DNA of 64,000 nucleotides. Origin: Mobula hypostoma. Its lineage: Eukaryota. The notes beneath the pieces are model-generated. The model was not told where the DNA came from. It saw nothing but the letters and a program-made list of their open reading frames with translations, and did no database searches. The position numbers were made by a program, and so were the translations under genes. This document shows positions 1-12,275 of the stretch, in pieces. The stretch is taken from positions 232,316,001 through 232,380,000 of the forward strand of contig NC_086097.1 of assembly GCF_963921235.1 (NCBI RefSeq), written 5' to 3'. Positions within the stretch are counted from its first letter, which is position 1. Every line of letters starts with the position of its first letter.

Positions 1-1091
1 GCAGACAGGAAGCAAAGAGTGGGAATAAACGGGACCTTTTCAGAATGGCAGGCGGTGACTAGTGGGGTACCACAAGGCTCAGTGCTGGGACCCCAGTTGT
101 TTACAATATATATTAATGACTTGGATGAGGGAATTAAATGCAGCATCTCCAAGTTTGCGGATGACACGAAGCTGGGTGGCAGTGTTAGCAGTGAGGAGGA
201 TGCTGAGAGGATGCAGGGTGACTTGGATAGGTTGGGTGAGTGGGCAAATTCATGGCAGATGCAATTTAATGTGGATAAATGTGAAGTTATCCACTTTGGT
301 GGCAAAAATAGGAAAACAGATTATTATCTGAATGGTGGCCGATTAGGAAAAGGGGAGGTGCAACGAGACCTGGGTGTCATTATACACCAGTCATTGAAAG
401 TGGGCATGCAGGTACAGCAGGCGGTGAAAAAGGCGAATGGTATGCTGGCATTTATAGCGAGAGGATTCGAGTACAGGAGCAGGGAGGTACTACTGCAGTT
501 GTACAAGGCCTTGGTGAGACCACACCTGGAGTATTGCGTGCAGTTTTGGTCCCCTAATCTGAGGAAAGACATCTTTGCCATAGAGGGAGTACAAAGAAGG
601 TTCACCAGATTGATTCCTGGGATGGTGGGACTTTCATATGAAGAAAGACTGGATGAATTGGGTTTGTACTCGTTGGAATTTAGAAGATTGAGGGGGGATC
701 TGATTGAAACGTATAAGATCCTAAAGGGATTGGACAGGCTAGATGCAGGAAGATTGTTCCCGATGTTGGGGAAGTCCAGAACGAGGGGTCACAGTTTGAG
801 GATAGCGGGGAAGCCTTTTAGGACCGAGATTAGGAAAAACTTCTTCACACAGAGAGTGGTGAATCTGTGGAATTCTCTGCCACAGGAAACTGTTGAGGCC
901 AGTTCATTGGCTATATTTAAGAGGGAGTTAGATATGGCCCTTGTGGCTACAGGGGTCAGGGGGTATGGAGGGAAGGCTGGGGCGGGGTTCTGAGTTGGAT
1001 GATCAGCCATGATCATAATAAATGGCGGTGCAGGCTCGAAGGGCCGAATGGCCTACTCCTGCACCTATTTTCTATGTTTCTATGTTTCTAT
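1..1091 (+). mobile_element. CR1 LINE 3' part (RT C-terminal half, ORF 19..993, 3' UTR, microsatellite tail)
   Basis: ORF has GVPQGSVLGP, FADDTKL, LVRPHLEYCVQFW and RTRGH motifs typical of CR1 ORF2. Ends in (TTTCTATG)n tail at ~1069-1091. ORF is uninterrupted, so the copy is probably young. Confidence 0.95.
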
Positions 1092-1915
1092 ATACGAGGA
1101 GTAAAAATCTTTACGTTATGTCTCTGTCTAAATGTGCAATGTGCAATCATAAGTAATTTATAATAATTTATAATAAATAGAACAGTAAATGTGACGTAGA
1201 AATACACTCAAATCAGCGTGAGTTAATCAGTCTGCTGGCCTGGTGGAAGAAACTGTCCTGGAGCCTGTGGGTCCCGGCTTTTATGCTGTGGTACCATTTC
1301 CTGGATGGTGGCAGTTGGAACAGTTTGTGGTTGGGGTGACTCGGGTCCCCAGTGATCTTTCAGGCCATTTTTTCACACCTGTCTTTGTAAATGTCCTGAA
1401 TCATGGGAAGTTCACAACTACAGATGCGCTGGGCTGTCCACACCACTCTCTGCAGAGTCCTGCGATTAAGGGACATACAGTTCTCATACCAGGCAGTGAT
1501 GCAGCCAGTCAGGATGCTCTCAATAGTGCCCCTGTAGAAAGTTCTTAGGATTTGGGGGCCCATACCAAACTCCCTCAACTGTCTGAGGTGAAAGAGGCGC
1601 TGTTGTGCCTTTTTCACCACACAGCTGGTGTGTACAGACCACGTGAGGTCCTCAGTGATGTGGATGCCGAGGAACTTGAAGCTGTTTACCCTCTCAAGCC
1701 CAGATCCATTAATGTCAATAGGGGTTAGCCTGTCTCCACTCCTCCTGTAATCCATGACCAGCTCCTCTGTTTTTGCGACATTGAGGGAGAGGTTGTTTTC
1801 TTGACACCACTGTGTCAGAGAGATGACTTCTTCCCTGTAGGCCACCTCGTAATTGTTTGAGATAAAGCCAATCAATGTTGTGTTGTTGGCAAATTAAATT
1901 AGCAGATTAGAGCTG
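1092..1915 (-). mobile_element. Rex1/Babar LINE 3' fragment
   Basis: ORF 1360..1875(-) has YREEV..L..WC..NNL.LNV.KT, SFKFLGIHITEDLTW, KKAQQRL and IESILTGCITAWY motifs. Confidence 0.85.
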
Positions 1916-2094
1916 TAGAGAATAGAGCTTTATTCTCTAGAATGTGGAAGATTGAGGGGAGACTTGATAGTGGTATATTGAGGGCTAGATATACAGTAAA
2001 TGCAGCAGGCTCTTTCCACTGTGGTTGGGTGGGACTACACCTAGAGGTCATGGGTTAAGGATGACCAAGTAGCTGGTACTAACCACTATGCTAT

Positions 2095-3760
2095 AGTGTT
2101 GATCAGTCTTACTGCTTGGAGAAAGTAACTGTTGTTGTTCCTGGTGTGGATGGTATATAGCCTCCTCCCCGATGGGAGAGGGACTCACGGTCCATGAGCA
2201 GGGTGCGTAGGATCCTTCATAGTGTTACTGGTCCTTTTCTAGCTTCTTTTTGTATATATATCCATGATGGTGGGAAGGCTGGTGCTGGTGATGCACTGGG
2301 CAGTTTTGACTACCCGTTGTAGAGCATTCCTGTCTGCTGCAGTGCTGTTTCCACCCCAAGCTTGTCAGGATGTTCTCTACTGTGCTTCTGCAGCAGACAC
2401 GAGTATGGATGTACAAAGTCCAGCTCTCTTAGCCTCCTCAGAAAGTAGAGGTGTTGGTGAGCTTTCTTGACTGCGTCAGATGTGTTCTGGGACCATGAGA
2501 GGTTGCGTGAGATGTACACTCCCAGGAGTTTGAAACTGCTCGCAGTTTCCACTGCTGGGCCACCAATGTAAGAAGGGGTGTGAGTGATGCAAGTTATCAG
2601 CCCATTTTCTCAGCTGGTCCAGATCCTGCTGCAAGCTTTGATAGTCTTTCTCACTGTCCACTACACCCCCTATCTTGGTATCATCGACAAATTTGCAACT
2701 TAACAATCTCCTTTGTCTTGTTAACATTGAGTAAGAGGTTATTTGTTTGGGCACCAGGCTTCAAGCTCTTTCAGCTCCTCTCTGGAGGCCATCTCATCAT
2801 TTTTGGAGATGAGCCCCACCATTGTCATGTCATTGACAAACTTGATGATGTGATTGCTTGGCTGTATGGCTATGCAGTCAAGTGAGAGCACACAGCCCGG
2901 GCGTTGTGGGGGCGGGGGGCGGTGGTGTTACCTGTGTTGTGGGTGATGGGGAGGGAGGAGCAGTTGTACATCCTACCTATCTGAGGTCTGTTGGTTAGGA
3001 AGCTCAAATATGCACGCTAGCATATTTAGACCAAGGAGTATGAGTTCATTCACCAAGCTTTGTGGGACAATAATGTCGAATGCCAAACTGAAATACAGAA
3101 TCATCATTCTGACATAAGTGTCCTTGTTCTCCGGATGTGTCAGGGCTAAGTGCATGACAGAAGTTATAGTATCTGTCATAGAATGGTTTTGTCGATAACC
3201 ATTTTGGTGAGTGTTCAATGTGGTAGGAGTGGAGCTTTTGATATGTGCCATTACCAGCCATTTAAAGAACTTCATGGTGTTTGGCGTCAGTGGCACCGGG
3301 TAGTAGTCATTAATTGCTGAAGCTGTAGAGTTTGAGCGAAGTGTTGTACAGTAGATGTCTGTGAAGACGTCAGTGAGCACACTCCTTGAGTACTTGGCCT
3401 GGGATGTTGCTGCCCAAACCCCTTACGGGTGTTGACTCTCTGCAGAGTCTCCCTTTTGTCTGCTGCTGTTACAGTGACTGTTCACCTGGGGAGGGGGTTG
3501 GTGACTATCGTGGTCTGGCATTGTGCTGCATGTCTCGAAGCATGCATAAACATTGAGCGTCAGGGAGGGAGGTGTCACTGATGTAGTCAACGCTGTTTTC
3601 CCTTGCATAGTCAGTAATGCCTTTAATGCCCAGCCACATGCGCCAGAGACTGCTATCAGACAGGTATTCCTGAATTTTTTGTGCATAGTTGGCCTTTGCT
3701 CCCTTGATGACTAAAATGAGGTTTCTCCTGGGTGCTCTGTCATTGGCTGGCAGTGTCCTG
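2095..3760 (-). mobile_element. Degenerate Rex1/Babar LINE with a ~100 bp CR1 RT fragment embedded at ~2593-2697
   Basis: Minus-strand ORF pieces: DYYPVPLT..MK, KDTYVRM, AFDII, SFKLLGVYIS. CR1-type KFVDDTKIGGVVDSEKDY in ORF 2476..2754. Confidence 0.75.
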
Positions 3761-4011
3761 GGCTTTTGGTAAGGAGAGAATGGTGAGCTGTCTCTTTAAC
3801 TATGATGAAAGCAACTTGAAAGTTTTAATACTTAGAGTTCCAGGAACCAGGCAATTGAATAATGACTCAATTCCAAGTCAAGTTCCTTTTCCTGTAGAGA
3901 CTGCAGATTTGGGAGTTGTTTTTGGAGTTGCCCTGGGGAGTCACTATAGCAACACACATCAAAGTTGCTGGTGAATGCAGCAGGCCAGGCAGCATCTCTA
4001 GGAAGAGGTAC

Positions 4012-4047
4012 AGTCGACATTTCAGGCCGAGACCCTTCGTCAGGCCT
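4012..4047 (-). ncRNA. Minimal hammerhead ribozyme motif in PLE pLTR (variant copy)
   Basis: Minus strand reads AGGC-CTGACGA-AGGGTCTCGGCCT-GAAAT-GTC-GACT. Core boxes present; helix I/III carry substitutions. Confidence 0.6.
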
Positions 4048-5217
4048 AACTGAAGGAAGAGTTAGTAAGAGATTTGAAAGTGGGAGGGGGAGGGGGGAGA
4101 TCCAAAATGATAGGAGAAGACAGGAGGGGGAGGGATGGAGCCAAGAGCTGGACAGGTGATTGGCAAAGGGGATACGAAAGGATCATGGGACAGGAGGCCC
4201 AGGGAGAAAGACAAGGCGGGGGGGAACCCAGAGGATGGGCAAGGAGTATATTCAGAGGGACAGAGGGAGAAAAAGGAGAGTGAGAGAAAGAAAGTGTGTA
4301 TAAAAATAAATAACAGATGGGGTACGAGGGGGAGGTGGGGTATTAGAGGAAGTTAGAGAAGTCGATGTTCATGCCATCAGGTTGGAGGCTACCCAGACGG
4401 AATATAAGGTGTTGTTCCTCCAACCTGAGTGTGGCTTCATCTTTACAGTAGAGGAGGCCGTGGATAGACATGTCAGAATGGGAATGGGATGTGGAATTAA
4501 AATGTGTGGCCACTGGGAGATCCTACTTTCTCTGGCGGACAGAGCGTAGGTGTTCAGCAAAGCGGTCTCCCAGTCTGCGTCGGGTCTCGCCAATATATAG
4601 AAGGCCACATCGGGAGCACCGGACGCAGTATATCACCCCAGCCGACTCACAGGTGAAGTGTCGCCTCACCTGGAAGGACTGTCTGGGGCCCTGAATGGTG
4701 GTAAGGGAGGAAGTGTAAGGGCATGTGTAGCATTTGTTCCACTTACAAGGATAAGTGCCAGGAGGGAGATCAGTGGGGAGGGATGGGGGGGACGAATGGA
4801 CAAGGGAGTTGCGTAGGGAGCGATCCCTGCGGAAAGCAGAGGGGTGGGGAGGGAAAGATGTGCTTAGTGGTAGGATCCCATTGGAGGTGGCGGAAGTTAC
4901 GGAGAATAATATGTTGGACCCGGAGGCTGGTGGGGTGGTAGGTGAGGACCAGGGGAATCCTATTCCTAGTGGGGTGGTGGGAGGATGGAGTGAGAGCAGA
5001 TGTACGTGAAATGGGGGAGATGCGTTTGAGAGCAGAGTTGATAGTGGAGGAAGGGAAGCCCCTTTCTTTAAAAAAGGAGGATGCCCTCTCATATCCCCTT
5101 TGCCAATCACCTGTCCAGCTCTTGGCTCCATCCCTCCCCCTCCTGTCTTCTCCTATCATTTTGGATCTCCCCCTCCCCGTCCCACTTTCAAATCTCTTAC
5201 TAACTTTTCCTTCAGTT

Positions 5218-5253
5218 AGTCCTGACGAAGGGTCTCGGCCTGAAACATCGACT
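5218..5253 (+). ncRNA. Minimal type I hammerhead ribozyme motif in PLE pLTR
   Basis: AGTC-CTGACGA-AGG(GTCTCGG)CCT-GAAAC-ATC-GACT: helix I AGTC/GACT, CUGANGA box, helix II, GAAA box, NUH triplet. Confidence 0.7.
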
Positions 5254-5654
5254 GTACCTCTTCCTAGAGATGCTGCCTGGCCTGCTGCGTTCACCAGCAA
5301 CTTTGATGCGTGTTGCTTGAATTTCCAGCATCTGCAGAATTCCTGTTGTTTGAGTCGCTATAGCAATCTCTTTTTAGTACAGACTGCAGCCAGAGTTACT
5401 GGTACTGAGGGAATCAAGATTTAAGGAAGTGAATAGAATATGAATCAAGCAGACTTTTCTCTTGGATGGTGCTGAGCTTTTTTGGTATTAGAAATGCACT
5501 CATTCAGACAAGCAGAGAGGATTTGATTGCACTTTGGATTTGTATGTTATAGATGGTAGAACGTTTTTGGGGCAACAAGATATACTGCCTCTGGCTTGTT
5601 ACTAAAGCCACAATACTTGTTTAACTGGTCAAATGAGTTTCTGGTGATCTCGAG

Positions 5655-5870
5655 ATAGTCATCACATATACATCCAAACATACAGTGAAATGCGCCATAT
5701 TACGCCAGTCACCAACACAATCTGAGGAATGTGCTGCGGGCAGCCCACAAAGGTCACCGCACTTCCGCTGACAATAGAGCATGCCTACGACTCACTAACC
5801 CCAACTCTAACCACGCATCTTTGGAACGTAGAAGGAAACCACAATGCCGGTGGTGGAGTTGGTGAACTTC
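5655..5870 (-). mobile_element. Degenerate V-SINE/HE1-like SINE fragment
   Basis: Similar to the SINE at 40370-40680 (cactaaccc...tctttgga..gaaggaaacc). Confidence 0.45.
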
Positions 5871-5924
5871 AAATGTAGACTGTTAGACTTTCCTGTTGGA
5901 GATGTTCATTGACTGAGGCTTTAG

Positions 5925-6425
5925 ATGTGTTGGCATTGGAAAGGGTCCAGAGTAGGTTCACGAGGATAACCTCGTGCATGAAAGGATTAACATTTGAGGA
6001 GCTTCTGATGGCTCTGGGCCTGTACTCACTGGAGTTAAGCAGTATGTGTGTAATATCATTGAATATTGAAAGGCTTAGATAGCGTGGAAGAGGAGAAATG
6101 CTTCCTGCTGTGGATGAGTCCAGACCAGAGCGGACAACCTCAGAATGGAGAGACATCCATTTGGAACTGGAATGAGGATGAATTTCTGTAGCTAAAATCT
6201 GTGGAATTTGTTGCCACAGGTGGTTGTTGAAGCCAAATCATTTGATATATTTAAAGCAGAGATTGATAGGCTCTTGATTAGCAAGGACATCAAAGGTTAT
6301 GGAGAAAAGGCAGGAGAAAGGGGTTGAGAGGGATAATAAGTCAGCCATGATTGAGTAGCAGACCAGAGTCAATGGGCTGAAGAAGCTAATTCTTCTCCTA
6401 TGTCTTATGATCTTATGGTCTTATG
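5925..6425 (+). mobile_element. Degenerate CR1 3' fragment
   Basis: Matches the CR1 ORF2 C-terminus and 3' UTR; tail tcttatg repeats at ~6403-6426. Confidence 0.8.
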
Positions 6426-7209
6426 ATTTACGTGACATTACTTGCCATTTGTCAGCCAATGCCTGAATGAGGTTTTGGTTTTGCTAAAGATATCCATGGT
6501 TTTCTTTCAATATCTGAGGATTTATTTCTTGCATATCAATAATTTGAAGCTTATGGATTTTGGAGAATGGTTGTTTACAGAGTAGTTCACCTTTGAAACT
6601 TGCATCTTTGACCAAACTTTTGATATCACCTTTTAGGAGAGGCAAAGAGGCTTATATAAGGTGTTTCAATATGTACAGTTTTCTTTATTCAATGGTATTT
6701 TTCACCCAAGAGAAAGGCAGACTTGGAGAGGAGTATTATGTATACTCTTCACAACATTATTATCTCACAACATTATTTTCACAAGATAGGGGATATTCCT
6801 TTACTCAGGACATATTGAGTATGCTGCTAATGTGTTGGATAGTTGAGACTAGACACATTTAATGAGAAGCTAGATAAGACAGGGAGAAGGCAGGAGATTG
6901 GGGCTGAGAGGGAACATGGATTAGCCGTGATGAAATGGCAAGGACTTGATGGGCCAAGTGGCCCAATTCTGCTATTATATCTTATGGTCTAAGAATATGA
7001 GGAAGAAAGAAATAGAAAGATGTTAGACAAAGAAGAGTTAAAAGCTGGCAGTCCGGTCACATGTACGCACTGCAAGTATTGGCCAGTGGAGCAAAGTGGC
7101 CTGTCTCTGAGTTATATGTGATAACAAAAACTTTTGACATTAGATCATCATTGTACTGAGGGCAAATGCAGCAAAACATGAAAAATGTTGAGGAAAAATG
7201 TCATTTAGT

Positions 7210-7435
7210 GTAATTTAATGATGTTGGCTGAAGGATAAATTTTATCTGAGGTGCATTGGAAACTCTCCAGTTTTTTAAACACAATATTAGGATCTACAAT
7301 CTCTAACTGAAAGGGTCAGCAAGTCTCAGGCTTAACATCTCCTAAAAAGGACACTTTTGATGTAGCAGAATTAAGTCCTGGCCTAGGGTTGAACCTCAAG
7401 CCTTCATTTTTAAGCAGGAACCTACCGCAGAGTCA
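7210..7435 (-). mobile_element. Ancient Deu-domain SINE-like remnant
   Basis: Resembles the reverse complement of the DeuSINE core as I recall it (aactctcc...ggatct...ctgaaagggtcagc..ggcttaacatctc...aaaggacac). Similar remnants at ~33020-33200 and ~54380-54890. Confidence 0.4.
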
Positions 7436-7478
7436 TGACTAATATGTGGTTTCTTTGGCAGATAAAATTTGGACTCTG

Positions 7479-7808
7479 ATAGTCAGAGGCTTTTTCCCAG
7501 GGCTGAAATGGTTGCCACAAGAGGACACAGGTTTAAGGTGCTGGGGAGTAGGTACAGAGGAGATGTCGGGGGTAAGTTTTTTTACGCAGAGAGTGGTCAA
7601 TGCGTGGAATGGGCTGCCGGCAACAGTGGTGGAGGCGGATACGATAGGGTCTTTTACGAGACCTTTGGATAGGTACATGGAGCTTAGAAAAATAGAGAGC
7701 TATGGGTAAGCCTAGTAATTTCTAAGGTAGGGACATGTTCGGCACAACTTTGTGGGCCAAAGGGCCTGTATTGTGCTGTAGGTTTTCAATGTTCTATGTT
7801 CTATGTTC
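7479..7808 (+). mobile_element. CR1 3' end (5'-truncated)
   Basis: DSQRLFPR..TRGHRFKV and FFTQRVVNAWNGLP motifs; (TTCTATG)n tail at ~7792-7808. Confidence 0.9.
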
Positions 7809-7869
7809 TCCGTGTAAATTCCAGGAAGTACAGTACTGGGATTTGCTTCATGAGTATCCATATCCAAAT

Positions 7870-9150
7870 GTAAATGATGTGTGCCTGATAAGCGACGTCT
7901 GTCATCAAAGATCCTCACCAACTAGGCCATGCTCTTCTCTCATTGCTGCCATCTGGCAAAAGGTACACGTGCCTCGAGACTTGCACCGAGAGGTTCAAGA
8001 ACAATAACCACCCTTCAAACATCAGGCTCTTAAACAAAAGAGGATAATTACTCTCAGCTATTGAGATATTCCCACAACTAATGATCTCACTTTAAAGGTT
8101 CATCTTGTTATGTTATGTTGTCATCATTTATTGCTATTTATTTATGGTTGTATTTCAACAGTTTGTTGTCTTCTATGTTCTTGCTCTTTCATTGATCCTG
8201 TTTACAGTTACCATTCTATAGATTTGCTGAGTATATGTGCAGGAAAAAGAATTGTATTTGGTAACATGTATGTACTCTGATAATAAATTTTACTTTGAAC
8301 TTGGCGCATTCGTGTCTGTGAATACACAGTGCTGGAGCTTACTAAGCTTAATAGAGTTTCCCAGCATTTCAGCTGAGGACTGAGGAAGGGTCTCGGACCG
8401 AAGTGTTGACTGTTTATTCTTTTCTATTGCAGGACAGGCGGCATCTGACTTCCTTCAGCATTTTGTATGTGTCCGTCTGTGTGCAGATCTTGTCCCAGGT
8501 TGATTTCAATGCAGATTTTATGGTTTGTGCGAGAGAGAAAAAATAACAACAAATCTGCACTCAGCATCAACAAGACTAAGGACTTTAGGAAGGAGAAGGC
8601 AGGAAAACACGTGCCAGTCATCATTGAGGGGTCAGTGCTGGAAAGGAATTGTCCCCAAATCTCCTGTGAGTTTCTATAGTTGTACGTAGAGAGCATTCTG
8701 AGTGGTTTCACCACAGCCTGGTGTGTAGGCTCTGGTAACAGGATTGCAAAAGGAGCTGCCGAGAGAGTAGACTTACCTAGCTCCATCACGGACAAGGTCC
8801 TCCCCGCCACCAAGGACACCTCCAAGAGTTCGTGCTTCAAGAATGCAGCAACTGTCACCAAGGTCTGTCACTGTCCAGGACATGCCCTCTTCTCCTAACT
8901 ATCACCGTCAGGAAGGAGCTACAGGGACCCGAAGACTCTCAAGCAGTTAATTACGAACAGCTTCTTATTCTCTGCCATCAGATTTCTGAATGGACCACGA
9001 ACATATGTACGGTATACTACTTTGTTTTTCCTTTCTTCGCACTTCATTTTTTAATTTACAGTAATTTTTTGTTTTTTCACTGTATTTCTGCCATAAAACA
9101 ACAAATTTCATGACACTTGTCAATGATTCTAAACCTGATTCCGATTCAGA
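7870..9150 (+). mobile_element. Two Rex1/Babar 3' fragments (7870-8302, 8545-9150) separated by a degenerate PLE-derived piece (~8370-8490)
   Basis: Rex1-type 3' UTR ends (tactctgataataaattttactttgaact; atgattctaaacctgattccgattc). VESILSGFTTAW motif in ORF 8680..8898. Confidence 0.65.
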
Positions 9151-9389
9151 AAAAAAGAAGAGAGGCTTCATTTTCTTAATTTGCTGCAATGAAATGTATT
9201 TTAAACATTTTGGATAATGGTTAAACTTCAGAATATTTTTAGCCGCTGTATACTTATAATGACACAGATCAGGCCCCAGGAGAGTAATTTTATTAATTCC
9301 ATATCCCTCTCTCTGTATTCTTGCAACTTAATCTCTTTCTCTCTCATTCACACATGTCATCATCTTATTCTGTTTTGTATTAACACTAC

Positions 9390-10025
9390 GAGATATAGGA
9401 GCAGAATTAGGCCATTTAGCCCATTGAGTCTGTTCCATCATTTCATCATGCCTGATCCATTTCCCTCTCAGCCCAAGCCTCCTGCCTTCTACCCGTATCC
9501 CTTCTATGGTCTGACTAATCAAGAATTTATCAACCCTTGCCATAAATACACCCAATAGCTTGGCCTCCACAGCCACCTGTGGCAATGAATTCCATAGATT
9601 CACCCCTCTCTGGCTAAAGAAATTCCTCCTCGTCTCCGTTCTAAATGGTCACCCTCTATTCTGAGGCAGTCCTCGACCACAGGAAACATTTCCACTCTAT
9701 CGAGGCCATTCAACATTTGGTAGGCTTCAACGAGATCCAACCCCGCCTCATTCTTTCGAATTCCAGACCCAGAGCCATCAAACGCTTCTCATCTGATATG
9801 ATTTCAATCATGGAATCATTTTCGTGAATATTCTTTGAAGCCTCTCCAATCATCTGATATGATTTCAATCATGGAATCATTTTCGTGAATATTCTTTGAA
9901 GCCTCTCCAATGTCAGCATATTCTTTCTTAGTTAAGGGGCCCAAAACTGCTCCCAATACTCCAAGTGAGGCCTCACCAGTGCTTTACAAAGGGCTCAGCA
10001 TTACATCCGTGCTTTTATATTCTCG
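9390..10025 (-). mobile_element. CR1 3' fragment
   Basis: ORF 9328..9603(-) has NLWNSLPQVAVEA; CR1 3' UTR at ~9390-9480. Confidence 0.8.
9789..9910. repeat. Perfect 61-bp tandem duplication inside CR1
   Basis: tcatctgatatg...gcctctccaa at 9789-9849 and 9850-9910. Confidence 0.95.
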
Positions 10026-10184
10026 TCCGTTAAGTGGCACCCTGGGCTTTTGGAGTAGCAAATTAACCTACCTGGACATCTCTGAGATTCGGAAGATAAT
10101 TAGATCAGCCAAAAGGAACAGTACAATAGTGCTTCGAGTTGAGCTGCTATCTCACTGCTTCAGTGACACAGATACAGTCCTGGG

Positions 10185-11630
10185 GAGGAGCTAAAATGGT
10201 GCCAGAAGGCAACTCCTTCAAGCTCATCTGTGAAGCAGCTTAAATTCTGTGAAGCCTATAATACGGGAGGAGTAGATGGCAGTGCATTGCGCGTCCGCAG
10301 CTCTCCGGTGAAAAATGATGTCGTATCTGTTAAATAGGAGCCGTGGACAATTCTGATTTGATGGAGAATGGACGTGAAATCACAGAGGAACATCTAGAGA
10401 AATTTCTGAAATGCCCATCCACTGCTGTCATTACTGTGTGGTCGGGAATCTTTCGGAGGGTAGGCGTCAAAATCCCCGGCCTTGCCTGCTTTTGGTGACC
10501 GAGAAAGAGGTCGAATCGCTCAGACAGAGATGGCGCTCAGTACTCGGTGTCGGAGAGCTGATCAGAGCTCGAAGGTTTCGGATGACTCAGAGTTGGATTG
10601 TGGTCGGCATGGCAGGGAGAGTTGTTCTTCCTTCTCCCGTCTGCGTGAGATGTGGAACATTTGAGAAACTTTGAACTTTACTGTGCTCACTGACTTTCTT
10701 CATCAAGTTATGGTATTGTGCACTGTTGTAACTATATGTATAATTATGTGGTTTTGTCAGTTTTTTCAGTCTTGGTTTGTCCTGTGTTTTGTGATATCAC
10801 ACCGGAGGAAATAATGTATCATTTCTTAATGCATGCATTACTAAATGACAATAAAGGGGGACTACGTGTCTTCATAATCTAATCTAAAAAAAATTCCTCT
10901 CTTTGAAGTCTCCTCTCTCCTTTTCAGGGTGACTGGGGTTCTGTCGGAGTCAGTGGTCGACCACTGCACCCATGCTGTGGTGGGTTAAAACTCTTGGAGC
11001 TCACCGAGCAGCTGTATTTTCAACATCTCCAGGAGCCGCCTGGGAGATGTGCGGCCTCAGGCAGCCCCTGCGGATGTTCGGTTCCTCGCCAGTGTCGCCG
11101 ACTGATGCGTCGCGGGAGATCAGAACCTTGAGACGACGGGTGCGGCTGCTGGAGGTGTCTGCTCTTCAGCAATTGTTTCTCAGTGGTGGGCAGGGGGAAG
11201 AGTCTGTTGGTTCTCCAGTCAGGTGGGCTCAAATAAGCAATGCTGCGGACCGTAACATTGAAACAGCGGGTTCTTAGTCTCCCCTCTCACTGCCTTGTGA
11301 GAGAGAGAGAAAGAGAGAGCCTGTGGCAGGCTGAAGTGCTGGGTTACAGACAGTGGTTTTTGAACTCTGGATCATGGTGTCTTTAGCGGCTTTGCTATTG
11401 CTTGCATGGTGATTGGTGGGGGGGGCTGGAATAAGCGGGGGGGTGGGAAGGAGGAGGGTTGAGGCTTTGCTGCTGCTTGTGTGTGGGAACGGGGAGGGTG
11501 GCTTTGGGGTTCGAACATTTTTCTGTCATTCACTCTTTGGGGTGTTTCTGTTTTGTGAACGTCTGTGAAGAGTAAGAATTTCAGGTTGTATACTGTACAC
11601 ATTCTCTGCTACTAAATTGAACCACTGAAC
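10185..11630 (+). mobile_element. Two nested non-autonomous LINE-derived elements (inner ~10255-10886 ending AATAAA...(AATCT)n; outer ending (TGAACCA)n)
   Basis: 5' GGAG..AAATGG/AGATGG leaders, CpG-rich bodies and Rex1/L2-type 3' tails; no coding capacity. Confidence 0.5.
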
Positions 11631-11632
11631 CA

Positions 11633-11905
11633 GTGGTGTGGTCTGTGCAGAGTCTGCCTGTTCTCACCGTCCCCTGTTGCATGGATTTCCTCTGGCTGCT
11701 TCAGTTTACTCCCACTTCCCCGGAAACTGCGGTGTGGGAGGTTGATTGGCCACCTCAAATTTTCCCTTCTCCTGTAGAATTATGGGGTTTATGGGAATGT
11801 GTAAAAAATAAAATGGGATTAGTCTAGAATTAGAGCAAAAGTGTACATAGCTGGCATGGACTTGATAGGCTGAAAGGCCTGCTTCCGTGCTGTATAGCTC
11901 AACGC
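11633..11905 (+). mobile_element. V-SINE/HE1-like SINE
   Basis: V-domain-like gtctgtgcagagtctgcctgttctc...ggatttcctctggctgcttcagtttactccca followed by a CR1-like 3' tail. Confidence 0.55.
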
Positions 11906-12275
11906 CTCCGTGCTACCAGATAGTCATGCAAACTCTGCATAATCAGCACTGAAGACCAGGAGTTCACTCCTCATCTCTGGAGCCAGGGACTACCTGCTTT
12001 GTTGTTTACTTCAAGCACTTTTCGAGTGATGCTGAATGTCAGGGCTATTGCATAAGCAACAAGTTTAATAAGGCAAAGCTGGGATAGTGGCTTTGTTGCC
12101 TGTCAAACATTGCTTATCAATGCTTCAATCGAGGCTTATTACAGCCTGTCCATCTCAACTGTTGTGCAAAATTGTCTCCCTGCACCAGACCTGAATGAAC
12201 CCCAGAAGGTTTTCCTCCATTCACATTCTGGACATAGCTCAGCTATATGGGTGAGACACCCATATTTCTGAGCAG

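Larger units (their letters stand above)
3953..5351 (-). mobile_element. Penelope-like element (Neptune-type GIY-YIG endonuclease remnant) with inverted pLTRs
   Basis: Minus strand encodes PCKWNKCYTC..FTCESAGVIYCVRCSRCGLLYIGETRRRLGDRFAEH (Cys linker plus GIY-YIG). ~230 bp inverted repeat (3949-4180 vs 5085-5317). TSD GAGTC(A/G)CTATAGCAA at 3938-3952 and 5352-5366. Confidence 0.9.

Noticed and set aside
4770..5300. 176-aa and 202-aa minus-strand ORFs as genes
   Set aside because: They run across the PLE inversion junction (~5084): antisense pLTR fused to endonuclease remnants, i.e. chimeric artefacts.
6560..6862. 100-aa ORF in unique-looking sequence
   Set aside because: Non-ATG start, no recognisable motif and no supporting splice structure.
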